A stretch of 64,000 nt of DNA from NCBI GenBank assembly GCA_003693705.1, contig RBZT01000375.1, forward strand, positions 5,042 to 69,041, written 5' to 3'. The translations under genes and the position numbers were made by a program. Source of the stretch: Polymyxa betae A26-41. Taxonomy: Eukaryota > Protista > Endomyxa: Phytomyxea. Within the stretch, counting starts at the first letter, position 1. The number at the start of each line of letters is the position of its first letter. This document shows positions 51,363 to 63,820 of this stretch, piece by piece. Below the pieces are notes generated by a model. It was not told the origin of the DNA. It saw only the letters and a list, made by a program, of their open reading frames with translations, and searched no databases.

Positions 51363-52091
51363 ATGTTACGTATCTCGGTAGGAGCAGCCCTCTTCAATAT
51401 CTATTACAGCATTTCGCTGCCATGCTTAATAATGCAGATAGCTGAGTACTTGTCGAGATTATCCCAGAACGAGCTCTTCTCTGCGTTGAAGTCATGTCTG
51501 CCTCCAAGTCCACCGATGAACGCTTCAGCAGATTGAGTTCGTTATGATATAGGTTGCAACAATGATGCATGGATAAAAGCAATGATAGCCCAGTTAAACC
51601 CTGGTCTGCAAGACATAGAACTTGTACGCCTTTCTCAAAAAATATTCATGGAACTTCCCAAAACAGAATGGCTGGCGACCTTTGGTGAGCGCTGTATCTT
51701 AGTCTTGGGACGATTTTCAATCTATTATTTAGCAACACATCCCAAAATAGGAGCCCGACCAAAACCAAATCTGGAACAAGAGTTCAAAGAACAAGCTGGG
51801 TTTGGCGCTTCATCAGATTGTACGAAAATCGAAATGGCGAAGCTGAATCAAGAGTACTTCGGGAAATTCGGGTATTGATAATCAATCACGTTTAGTTGAT
51901 CCCTGATTATGCTAAACAGATTCATATTCATAACATGTGCATCGGGGAAGACAGGTGACCAGATGCTGATAGAAATTCGGCAAAGATTGGGGTCGTCGTT
52001 AGAGACTGAACTTAGAACAGCAGCATTAGAGCAAGCCAAAATCACTGAATTGCGATTAAAGTCTGTAATGAATTCAAATTCGAAGCTGTAG
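51363..52091 (+). CDS. URAD: OHCU decarboxylase (urate degradation) with peroxisomal PTS1
   Basis: W..AM, WLATF.THPKIG, EQAG, LNQEY..KFGFIFITCASGKT, RL, ELRTAALEQAKITELRL; ends in SKL*. Confidence 0.88.
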
Positions 52092-52754
52092 AAGTAGCCT
52101 TTAAGCTTCTGCTATTCCAAGAGCAGCAATCCAATGTTTCTCAGCATCATACTACTTAGTAGTTTCAACGCTATGGATGAATCGTTTCAGCAGGGAAAGA
52201 AACCGCATGCCTTCTGGAAACCTGCTGGTATTAGAACTAGAGCATATCGAGTTTGATGCGTTAAAAACAACAATCAGATCATTATGAGTCCGAAGTCGTT
52301 TTTGGCATACTGTAAATTTTTCATGAAAATTTCGGCTGATTATCCGCCCCGACAGCTATAGTGATGATACCAACATGACGATTGGCATCTCGTACAATTA
52401 TAGGTATATACAGAGATAAATCCGATATATTCATGGCTTGTGCAAGGATGGGAGCGATATGTCTGATGGGCATCATGAAGAACAACAGAAGTCAAATATC
52501 ACCAAATGTTAATGAATCAGCTTGATAATTCCGAATCGTATTACCTCTGGGAGTTTTTGCTGCTTGCATAAGCATTAAGCTGTTGCTGAAATCCAATTGA
52601 TTTCAGGTAGGATTCTTTCGACAATAAGCAAATGCAGATACGGCTGTCCATCTATTCTTAGTACTGTAATTAGATATGCGCCCGGTTTCCATTGTCATGG
52701 TGGCCTCGCTCTGGAGCGCCGAACGCTTGCGTCGAGCACAAAACCATGTAAATG

Positions 52755-52800
52755 CTCATGGTACAGTGCTGTATATTCTCATGGTACAGTGCTGTATATT
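52755..52800. repeat. 23-bp perfect tandem duplication
   Basis: ctcatggtacagtgctgtatatt twice. Confidence 0.9.
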
Positions 52801-53894
52801 TCGATAGGGATTGTTGATCGAGCTGAGAGATCAGGATAACAATGATGAGAGACGTTAAAGAGTAGCACAGACGAAAACAACGAACTTGATTACAATGTTT
52901 AATCCGGCTGTAATCCACTCATAGACGAAGAGAATTTGTCTTTATTCTGCACAAACATTACAGGGGACGCCATGGATCGTCTGATGATGCCTTATTTGAA
53001 TTCTCCTCAATGTCATTTAAGGCAGAGAACAACTCGATCTGAAGACCGCCCTCAGCGTGTTATGATATTCTCAACCTATCAGCATCATTCAACCTTCACC
53101 TATCAATAATCTGCTCCTGTGCCTATATTAAGGTCATGCTTAACCACTTTATCATCATACAAATACGACCAAGCAGGTCGATCGCTACTTGATTATAACA
53201 TGGAAGAAGAGAAGCGCCTGAAGCTCGAGCCGAGGCTCGCGTTCCAGCCAAACCACCCATCTGATATACGATTGTGAATCATGAAAACCCTAACCCTAAC
53301 CTAAGTAGTTCCTACCAACCTTTCAATAAAATTTCCAATTTCAATGATAATCAACTCTTAATTCAATGACATTCATAATGACAACATTAGATGGTACTAA
53401 CCCCCGTGTCGTTGTGTCCAGCCTCCATTTACCACAAATATAATTCAGTAACAAACACGCATCCATATCCGACGCCCTGAACTAAGCAGAATGTACTTCA
53501 TGGAATTCGTAATGTTTGTTCTGTACAAACAATGCACACAATTATACAAAAACAATCAACGTAACGTCGTCTAATTGTAAATTCAAATTGCGTATTAAAT
53601 CTAAACAAAGGTGGGGGAGAATCGTTTCTTTTGACGGGGTTATCCTAATTAAAATGGTTCGTTAATCGGCAAGAGCTCATTTACTACGAGATATTGACCA
53701 AATCATTTGCCTCCTTGCATCGAGCACTCCAGTCTTCGCTTCAGCTGCCGTGCCAGTGCCGATAAGGTAGAGTGTTCAATTAACCAGCTCTTTGAGTAAA
53801 AAATTATCCTCAATCAACATCGGAACATCAATATTAATCCTCGGCGGTTATTAGCCAAGAATCTTGACGCGTTGCAGCTGTTGCCTAACTAGCA

Positions 53895-54490
53895 GTAGAA
53901 GATTTTAAACAAGAAGTTAGGGCTTATTTCCCCCAGGAAACGTTCTGCCACATATTGAACCAAACTGTAGGGGTAAATTCGGCAAGAAAACGACAACTAT
54001 AGCTAGATAGATTATATATATTCAACGTGAAAATTCAAAGGACATCCTGTATTCCAAAATGAATCTGTCCATCCCCAGCGAGCGGTTTGGATTCAGTTGG
54101 CGTTTGCGCTTCACCGTTTGAGACATAATGGAAACGGCTCCGCAATTGGAATGGTAACTCGTTCCAAAGGAGTTGGATACGGCAGTGCTGTCAAGTATAA
54201 TGACCGCATTCTGCTTGCTCTCTCTCCATCATTCCTACATTTTATGGCCAGATGATTTGGAACGTAAATCTTTAAGCTCTTACAATCACCGCCATTACGG
54301 TTCGAAGGGTGCATTCTATCGACTGATGAAACACATGTTGTTCTCCACCAAAACCTGGATATTAGATGGTGAAGTGTATTACAACCGCAAATCGCTATTC
54401 AATGAACGTATTGTTGACGTTCGATCATAATCGTCGTGTCCGGTATGTGATAGCTGGTTGGCCTGGATCAGTGCATGATGCAATTGTCAA
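53895..54490 (+). mobile_element. Decayed PIF/Harbinger (DDE_Tnp_4) transposase pseudogene
   Basis: Frameshifted fragments QLAFALHRL.HNGNGS, GVGYGS...Y, WPDD.ER, GEVYYNRKS, YSMNV...DH..R.RYV..GWPGSVHDA. Confidence 0.8.
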
Positions 54491-55521
54491 ACTAAACGAC
54501 TGCAACTTGCTTGATCGAGCTCAGGTTAGCTCAGTTACTTGCTTCGTTCTCGTATTCTGCGCTTTCGACTCTCGTTTTAGATATATTGGCTTCTCTCTTA
54601 TTTTCGTTTGTTCTCAATTATCCCTATTTTCTCACTTCTTCTCCGGTTAGTTCATTACACGCTGCCTATACGTCCAGATCTATCAAGCTCCGCAAGGGTG
54701 CGAGATGAGTTACGATCAGCAGCTCATGGACAATTTGAGGCTATCAGAGACCCGCGAAGGCCCTCTTCAGTGTATCCGTCGCAATCACAGAAATCAGGTC
54801 ATTCCGGTAATATCTTGGCCTTGTTGTGTCAACTGATCTAACACGTATAATTACTGTAATGTCAGTGTGGGGAACGCAAGATGCTGCTAGTGAACTTTAT
54901 ATGGTGAAGACAGTTTGACGGATCAGGTATTATATTTAGTTCTTCAGTGTATTTGTCACTGATTTTTCAATTTGGGATGAGGCTTACCGTCCTCTTTTGA
55001 AAAAATTTTAAATGTCGGGATTGATTTAGGCATTTGAGAATGAATTTAATGCTGATGCGCATTCTATAGTGATATCAAGATCTGATACTGTACTAGCGTT
55101 ATGATCATTAGTGTTCATGATTGACTTTCTGGTAGACCAGATTCGGCATGGCATTAAAACGACGAACTCTTCCTCTGTCGCTATTTAAGAACTCGGTTCG
55201 TTCTGACCTTCATCAGTATCAGATACAACAATTCAGCATTCACGACCGAATCCTAAACGGAAGAGATGCTCTGAACCTGCCACTACAACTAAATCTAGCT
55301 ATAGTCTGCCGTCAAAAAAAGAAGAATCCCAACATCAGAATGCTGTCTCTGAATCTGTATCAGCTCCCTCGCAGACCATACAACAAGATCCAACTAATCT
55401 AATTTTTTCATCTGAATCTGGAAGTCTCGAGTTAAAAAAAGGAGTTGGAAGCAATACTTTTTCTCCTGCTGCCTCGGTGGGCAGCAAAACTACAATTGAA
55501 AGTTTAGTATAATAGGGTAAT

Positions 55522-56646
55522 CTAACGACGATATCGATCGCGTTCACTGCTACGACGCCGAGATGATTCGTAGTGTCGGCCTCCAGATAACCGACGAGGA
55601 GAGCGTCGAACTGGACTACGACTGCGACGTCGATAATCAGAGTTTTTCATAGACCTGCGATTTGGCCTCGGGCTTCGCGATCGTTGTCGAGACCGATCAT
55701 GGTTTTGTGGCTCGGGAGCTGAAGCCGCCCGCTCCTCCAGTTCGTTCTTAAGCTCCTCAATCTTCTCACGAATCATTGAGAATCCCACATGTTGTTTTCC
55801 ATTTAAGTGTGACTGAATACGAGATTCAGCTTCATTCTGTACGAGGAAAGCTCCACAAATATCACAGACTCCTGGAGCAAAATCAGGGGGTTCGACTAGA
55901 GATAAACAATCAGATGTCGTACCCATTTTCTTCTCATGATCTGTGATAAACTTGACTCCAGCGTCAGTCTCCCCTTCTATCTCACGAATCTTTCCTTCAA
56001 AGTCATCATAGAGCCCAAGCACGCCACAAGCTTCCTCAACTTTCCCTGAAACAACGTCAACAGCAACGTTTTGACCACAATAGAAATCATCACCTTGTTC
56101 ACCAAGCTCTTGCATCTGATCGACAAGCACAACCTGTTGATCTTTGATTTCGTCAATTCGTTTCTGACGTTCAATATATGCCGGATCGTTAACATCAGGT
56201 TGAACTTGCATCGTCAAACGATCAGTACCACGACGTTTACGCCGATCAACCTCATCAACTAATGATTGCAGCAATCGAAGAAATGCATTTTGATAAGATG
56301 TCTTCCTTGAAGCAGGCTCTGATTCAAAAGCCTGCTTTAACTGATCGTCATGTGTTTTTAGACATGGACCTGCATTTGACATTACCAAAAGGTAACCACT
56401 TGAGTCAATTTATATACAAACCAAGATCGCTCTTCGTATTATAAAACAGATCCTAAATAGAGAAATCAGTTATTAAGTGAAGAATACTTGCTATAAGAGT
56501 GTACATACATGAGGACAGAATCCACAGACGTAGTATTTGCATACATTGTCATCATACCAGTGCTGATTGAGGACCTTCTTATCTTCCTCAACAAGGTTCC
56601 TATCCTTGCCCATAAGCTGATCTAGAAGTTCACGTTGCGACAACAT
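55522..56646 (-). CDS. LUC7: LUC7-like U1 snRNP splicing factor
   Basis: QRELLDQLMG..RN, ZnF1 VCKYYVCGFCPHDLFYNTKSDLGPC...H, ZnF2 VCDICGAFL...RIQSHLNGKQHVGF, RS-rich tail; 4 introns. Confidence 0.95.
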
Positions 56647-57655
56647 GATATGATGTTAATAGATGATGGTATGATGCTGGATCTGATGGTATCACGAGAT
56701 ACTACCAGATAGACACTCCGTCTGATAATTGCGCGATTCTACCCTGATTTTTCCTGACTTTTTCAATATTTCTCACATTAACTGTACCTAGGTAGTTGTA
56801 TAGCACAGGCACTATCGACTTCGTATCATATATTATAATATACTCAATATAGTAATCATCACTCCATGATGGTAAAATATCTCACGTACTAATAAATTAC
56901 GATTACTGAGCAAGATAATGACATATTGTGTTTACGGTATTCAACATTGTCACTTGTCAGTTTTAAAAGCTCAGTAGCTATGTAAGATCTGGTGGATTAA
57001 AGGATATAGTGTTATTCTGTCCCATATATTGACTTTGACCTTTGATTCATTCCTGAAAACTGTGCACCTTATGGCTGAGTATGCAGTCCTGAAACGTATC
57101 AGGTTTGTCGCGATTGGAAGAGAACAGGAAGGGAAGCATTCTTCTTAAGAACCTATCTATTAATTGTCCAAATCAGAAACCGTCACATTACGCGAATGAA
57201 TATATTCAGTGATGGTGTCATGAGCAGTATAGATGGAGGCGTAGTTACGAAATTTCCCATCAAAGATCTTGAGGTCAGTTGGGACAGCCAGGAAGGCGTT
57301 CTTGGCTTGCTGATGATAATCTGGTATCATTTGAAGAGAAATGACAGCAATCATGGTGACATTGACATATGAATATTGTAGATCGTATGCAGTTGATTAA
57401 TGACAAAGAACACATTGAAAGCAATCAACTTAATACTAATTCTAATTAAGAGATGAACGTTTGATGCATGTACAATATTGATTTATTTAAAATCACTTCT
57501 ATTATCACAAATCCTATCTTATTACTGGATGACAAATCCCATCATGATCATGAACAGCCTGTGTGTGTGTTTAACCATTATCTGCAACTTGAGCTTTATT
57601 ATTACAAGCAAGTCTGATTGCGGTAATGTTGCCGAATAATTCATAGAATTTCACA

Positions 57656-57904
57656 ATGAATGACGAGATGGCTATCGGGCTATTGCTCGTGATCGTATTG
57701 ATATCAATTACTGTTGGAGTTCCGGTTGTGGTCTGGTTAACAATCGCTTTTGTAAAACACACAATATCCATCAACCGTCTTAATCAACAACAACAACAGA
57801 ATCAGCAGATGGGTCGGCGAGTTCATCCCATCAAAGATCAGCATGAAAGGCGGCGTCGACTCGAGATCGCCAGAAATCTCGTACATCGATCTGGACCAGT
57901 ATGA
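57656..57904 (+). CDS. Small single-pass membrane protein
   Basis: 82-aa ORF with a long hydrophobic helix followed by a Q-rich, basic tail. Confidence 0.5.
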   Translation: MNDEMAIGLLLVIVLISITVGVPVVVWLTIAFVKHTISINRLNQQQQQNQQMGRRVHPIKDQHERRRRLEIARNLVHRSGPV

Positions 57905-58535
57905 CTACCAATAAATCACTGATATCATTATTACTTGGTTTCATTGATCTCGTTGTAGCCAGTCAAATCTCAATTCCAGTGTTCTGAGATTTCGAGGTCG
58001 TTATGAAACTTCAATATGCATACGGTGGCATTTTATAAAGAAAACTGATCGATTGTTGCAAGGAGGATCATGCCTGCTGGTCTGGTGCATTTGGTACATG
58101 AAAGTTATGGGAATAAAGGTTTCTGTTGTGAAATCGACTGGGCTGTAAACGTGGATCATCTTCATTGTTTAAACAACGTCATTGGTTGTCGTCATATCGC
58201 ATATACATGGTGAGGCTGTTATATCATGGTTAATGGCATCAGAGGCGCTTCTCTTGTTCAGATCTACCTCTGCTTGTTCGATATTAAACATGCATCATGT
58301 GATAGTTTAACGATTAATAAAGGTCATCTAGAAAACTTTCGCATAAAGGAAAGCGACATAACAATATCCCCATCATTCGAGTCATTTAAGATTCAATCTG
58401 TCAGTTGGTTCCATGGATCTGTATTTCTGGGGATTTCAAACAATTAAGTCGTATATTGATTGGATAATGCCTGTCTAAAGAGTCCCATCTGATTCGGAGG
58501 ATGAATTTTATGTCAAATATAATATACAGATAGAT

Positions 58536-59003
58536 ATGCTGAAATGTTATGTATTATCCATATTAAGGAATGGGCCAATATGGTATCCAGCAGGACGTCT
58601 ATTATCATCAACTGTATCAACAACTGGAACTTCGAAGAAAGATACCAAAGATCTGTATCTGCCACCTGCTCGCCGCCTTCTCAATATGCAGCGAATGTTC
58701 CAGGCTGAAGTAGAGGCTATTATCATGGAGATCGAGGTCGTATACTAATTCGGTATCATATTCACAATTTATTTGTTAAACAGGATACGAGGAATATCCT
58801 AAGTCATACTGCTGATAGATCTCCTCAGATCAAATATTATCAAGATAGGTGATGACAATGTTTTTATCAAATTGTTGAAAGACGCTTCGTCTGACATTTT
58901 CGTATTTAGATTAGATCAGTTGTATAGTCGACGTGATTATCTGGCTGCAGAAATCACAGATCTATCCCGAGCTCTTGCTGCACAGAACATATTTGATAAA
59001 TAG
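58536..59003 (+). CDS. Hypothetical small protein with a possible mitochondrial presequence
   Basis: 3 exons join in frame via GT-AG introns; R/S-rich N-terminus without acidic residues, coiled-coil-like C-terminus. Confidence 0.55.
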
Positions 59004-59131
59004 ATATAATGCCATAGACCAATCTCCTACCAGTATCTATTACAGTCTAATAAATTGATTCTGTGACACGAAATATTGAAATCTCTACAGAACTCCATGA
59101 CAGACTGCAGCTGAGCGCCGACATTTCGAAA

Positions 59132-60157
59132 ATGCAATTGTTTAGAGGGAAGTTACCGGAACGAGCTGCAGCCGCTGATGGGCTTTCAGTTCATGCCCAG
59201 ACATCTGCTTCCAGAGAAATCGCTCAGCTAACATTACGAAATATTGCTTGCAATCGCGATCGTGACCAATATCGTAATCGCATTACTGATCTGGAGTCTG
59301 AGATCGAACAGTTGAAACAGCAGAATGAACAGCTCAAAACACAGTAAACTTCACGATTTTGACAGTCTTTCTAACTCAATCAATGAAAGGATCGTGATCG
59401 AGCAGAAATCTTCAAAATTATCAAATGATGAACATCAATCTGTTCGCAGCCAGTTGCTGAATATCGATGACAGTCGCGATTCCAAGATCGACAATGAATT
59501 TGGTCGCTCCGCTCGCGATCGTATGTAGAATTAATCAGTGTTTCTTGACATTTGAGATAATCATCAGGAACTGCTCGAGAAATGCAATTATGGGATGAGC
59601 TGTGTCAAATCGCCTTATCTGTAGATCCATCATTGAACGAAATACCTGACAATGACTTTAGTGCATCTGTTATTGAATTGGTTTCGAATCTGGTTCATGA
59701 ACTAACCACGTCCAGAACAGAAACACGTGATCTTATCTATAAGGTGCTATTCAGTATATTATATCGATTGCATTGTAACTTGAAGAAATAGATGAAACAC
59801 TCTGACACAGCTCTGGCGTCGATCTCCAATGAAATATCGGGACTTAAAGAGAAACTGTCGCGAGCGCGAGCTGAACAATGCCTGGCGTTAGCATGTAATG
59901 TGGCATTAAAGCAACATATGTCGAAACAGCACCTGGTGATCCGGAATGTTGAAGACGCCATGCGACGAATGAAGACGTTGCAATACAAAAACAATGGCTC
60001 TGTGTAATAATCAGCATTATAGTTATATGATGAAGGCTGATATACAGACAGAGCAAAACCATCGCCGGTTCTAGAAGGGGAATTCATCCATCAAGAACGA
60101 CTCTTTGCTTTGAGTAAGTTCATGGAGATTTTTGCAGGAAATGGGAAAGTGTTGTGA
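59132..60157 (+). CDS. Hypothetical coiled-coil protein
   Basis: Consecutive exons with heptad-like segments (RITDLESEIEQLKQQNEQLK; ISGLKEKLSR) separated by ~50-nt introns. Confidence 0.6.
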
Positions 60158-60195
60158 ACGATTTGTTATCAAGTTGAATAAAGTTTTGGTCCATT

Positions 60196-61934
60196 TTAAT
60201 ATATAGGCAGTGACATATTCTGTAATTGTACAATGAACTTTTGTACCTCTTTACATCTCTCCAGGAGATCCGCTGATTCGAACTGATGAGAAAGTGTCGA
60301 TCCGTCGACCGCGAAACTGATTTCGAGTTGGTTATTGTTGGCTTCTGACTTTAAATGCAGGTCGATGCAGCTGCCATTCAACCGAATACATACCAAGCGA
60401 TTGGAATAATCGGAAGAAATGATATCTGCTCCTGCACATCGCATCATTAATGTTATGCTGTAAAATTCGAGCTGGAATTCGTTCTTCTTCAGCGTGGCGG
60501 GCAGCTCTTGAATATCGCAGTGCATGAACTGATTGCTGGTTATCGAGTTAGGAACAATCAATTTCCCTGTGTTCCGATCCACGTCAATAAAAAGTCGAGA
60601 GTGTTTTTCTGCTATTGAGAGTAGACGGGCAGATTCGGTTGCGATCGCTAAATCGATAATCGAGCTGAACGAGATAACGTTGCTTGCAGGGATATTGAGT
60701 AGAGTAGTGTCATCACCAGTTATAATGAGATACCGAAGCGTCGGCTGGCGAAGATTGATACGAAGAGCAGAGTTTGGCCAGAACCAGTATGTTAGCTAAA
60801 CAGAATATCAGATATAAAACATCAAATTTAAATTAAGGTACATCGGTGTTGTTTGCTAGAAGTTTGTTATTCTGAGTTGCGGATTCCTGGGCTTGCCGTT
60901 TAATAATCTCGAAACGGGCATGGCAGCATATCCTGTCAACTCGAGCGATTAAGTCATGGAACGCGACCGATAGAGATTTTGACATCATCAAAGCCAATGA
61001 TTCTTTGTGAGAGATATAGGCAGACTGTAAATTTATAAGCATTTTGTGCCATCATTGAGTAAAGCAAACCGTCCAACCTGCCTAGGAGAAACGATATGCG
61101 AGTGGTCATCGGTTGTGAGATTAAACTGCAATGACATCAATGTCCAGTTGATTCGAGTTTGCTCAGATTCGTGAGGATCCTGCTAGATATCAGAACTGAA
61201 AAAGAATGATGCCTACAACTCGTCAACCTTAGGGTTTCTTGGGGCCATGCGCAGCGATAGTTCGATGGTATAACCAGAAATGGAATCTAAAGTGACATGG
61301 CCGCTATCACATCGAACGATTCTGACATGAGATGGCGGATGAGTTGCTAACAAGACTGTAAGGATCTTGCATTGCAGACGACGGCGGCATTGTTTTGCTG
61401 TGTCCTCTGATACCGATGTCGACACTCCACCTAATTGTCATTACAATAAGGAAAACGAATTCTAAAACAATGGAGGGAAGTTCTTAACATACCCTTGCAG
61501 TTTTGTGGCAAAAGGTAATATCCCGATAATGAATTGATATGAACTGCAGTATGCAGATCCCAAACAGGGTATGCCATAGCAGTTCTATGTTGTGAAATTT
61601 GTGAGGCTGCGATCGCCCAGGCATTCTCATATGCTGTCAAAGACGCTTCTGAAGTAACGGCCTGAAAGATCGAGTTGAAGTGAAACCACTTTATCGGAAA
61701 AGAGGAACATACTGCTTTGTAGAAAGCTGATCGTTTTTTGCACCATTGAGCTACCAATAAAGCCTTTTGTAGAGTTGTTTGCGCCCAAACGAAAAGTTTC
61801 AGCAAATTGCGGCGACGTTCGAGAACATCGTCCTCCATTTCGATGCTCTCAAGAACATCATGAGTTCCAGACGCAATGGAACGAATGGTTGTCTGAAATA
61901 TGCTGGATAGAGATACATGTTGCCTTTGAGACAT
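60196..61934 (-). CDS. MED14: Mediator subunit MED14-like (short)
   Basis: Med14 N-terminal pattern: VSLS.I...I, D..ERR..LL.....Q..L.K.L.V.QW, P.WDL.TAV.I...GY..LP. Confidence 0.6.
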
Positions 61935-62088
61935 GTAGATACGGGATCTGCTCTAGTGAATCGAAGACATAGATAGATTGAAGCAGCGACCGAGACAGAG
62001 CTCAGCTTGAGTCGGATACAGACTCAGTGTAAGATCGCTGATACCAATTGAGCAGAATGAAGAATGAGATGAGACTCCCGCACTGGTA

Positions 62089-62161
62089 TATCTCGCTCTC
62101 ACTCTCTTTTCCGCCTCTCTCTCTCTTTTCCGCCTCTCTCTCTCTTCGCTTCGCTCTCTTC
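62089..62161. repeat. CT/GA-rich low-complexity tract with a ~19-20-bp internal duplication, in the MED14-PTPA divergent promoter
   Basis: ctctcttttccgcctctct repeated twice within a (CT)-rich tract. Confidence 0.7.
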
Positions 62162-62462
62162 ATACGCACTACCCAGCCTACTCTTTCATTGAGAAAATCC
62201 CAGATAGTTCTACTTTGAAGCTCACCTCACTCATTTGTTGACAGTCGTTCGATCCACAAAGATTTGTAATATACGGGGCTAGAAGATCTTGATCTTCGGA
62301 ACATGTAAATGGTGGCATATCTGAAGCCTTAAAATATTTCTGCCTCGCCCTATTTTGGACTATCATCTAGCTGGTTTACCTATTTTAATGGTAATAAAAA
62401 GGAAACGCTCATTGACATGACAAAATGATCATGAGAAGGCGCAGTATCTAAACTTGTTGAAG

Positions 62463-63684
62463 ATGTCAACATTCGTCGTTCCCGTTAAGCATATCGAACA
62501 GCTACATGCCGATGTATCCTTGTTCGAGCGCTCGCCGGCATGCCAAGAACTAGTTCGCTTTATTACAACCTTGAATGCTGCCGTCCGCTCGATGCCTGTA
62601 TCGTCATGCCCGCCGCCTTCATCTGCAATTATGTCGATGGTTACCATGTTGAACGAGTATGAGAGTGTTAATATTCAAGTTCTAAACCTTTTCATATGTG
62701 TTGGCAGGATTGATACCTGGGTGGACCAAATACCTCCTTTACCAAGCGCTCAGCGTTATGGAAATAAAGCGTTTAGAACATGGTGTAACAGGCTTTTACA
62801 GGTAATTCCTTTCCTTGAGATCACTCCATGTTTGATAGCTCTGTTAGGAGACAGAGCGATTACTACAAAATCTACTGCCTACTACTTTGCATGAAGCAAT
62901 CTTGGAAGTCGGCCCATATTTGCTGGCGTCTTTTGGAGATTCTACCCGAATCGATTATGGCACAGGCCATGAGCTCTCTTTCATCGCGTTCATTTGTTGC
63001 TTGGCGAAACTCAATTTTCTGTCGAAGGATGATGCGAGCAATCTTGTGCTTGTCGTGTTTCGAACTTATCTTGACCTCATGAGACGTCTTCAAAGCGTAT
63101 ATTCCAACTAATATCAGCAGAACCTCAATGCTAACGTTTACCTGCTTGAAGATTTATTTTCTAGAGCCAGCAGGGTCGAAAGGAGTTTGGGGTCTTGACG
63201 ATTACCAGTTTTTACCTTTTTATTGGGGGTCTTCACAGCTGATAGGTAGTGTCTCTTCACGACTATAATATTATTCATTGTCAATGATATAGGCAATGAT
63301 GCTATACCACCATCTTCTATCTTCTCCGAAGATAATCTTAAACTATACAGTGATGAGTATTTATATCTCGGTTGTATCAAGTTTATCAACAAGGTAATGT
63401 TTTGGCGACTGAGCGGAATCTCTATAAACTGACAATTCCAAGATGAAAAGAGGCCATTTTGCAGAGCACTCTCCACTTTTGTGGGATATTTCTGGCGTTC
63501 CTTGTTGGGAGAAGATCAATACAGGTGCTAGAATTTCCACGTCTTGCGACACGTTCTGATTCTGTGAACAGGTCTGCTTCGAATGTATTATAAAGAAATT
63601 TTTGGCAAATATCCCGTTGTGCAGCACTTTCTCTTCGGGAAGCTTTTGCCATTTGATCAGCCGGACACTGTTCGTGACGCATGA
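62463..63684 (+). CDS. PTPA: Protein phosphatase 2A activator (PTPA/RRD)
   Basis: [87 protein letters not shown]. Confidence 0.96.
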
Positions 63685-63820
63685 ATGCTAGTATTGCTTG
63701 CAAATGGCTGAATTCTATAAAACTTATGAGGGACATTTATCTTATCATCATCAGTTCAAGATCAGCGCACTAGAGACAATCAATTGTGAATCAGTTTCAT
63801 CACTAATTTTAGCATTGTAA

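Noticed and set aside
55259-55272. GAGATGCTC as a possible right TIR of the Harbinger fossil (also at ~22327)
   Set aside because: Only a 9-bp match with no matching left TIR found; expected by chance
56999-57009. ATATCCTTT U12-type donor motif on the minus strand
   Set aside because: Intergenic, with no U12 branch site or flanking exon frame
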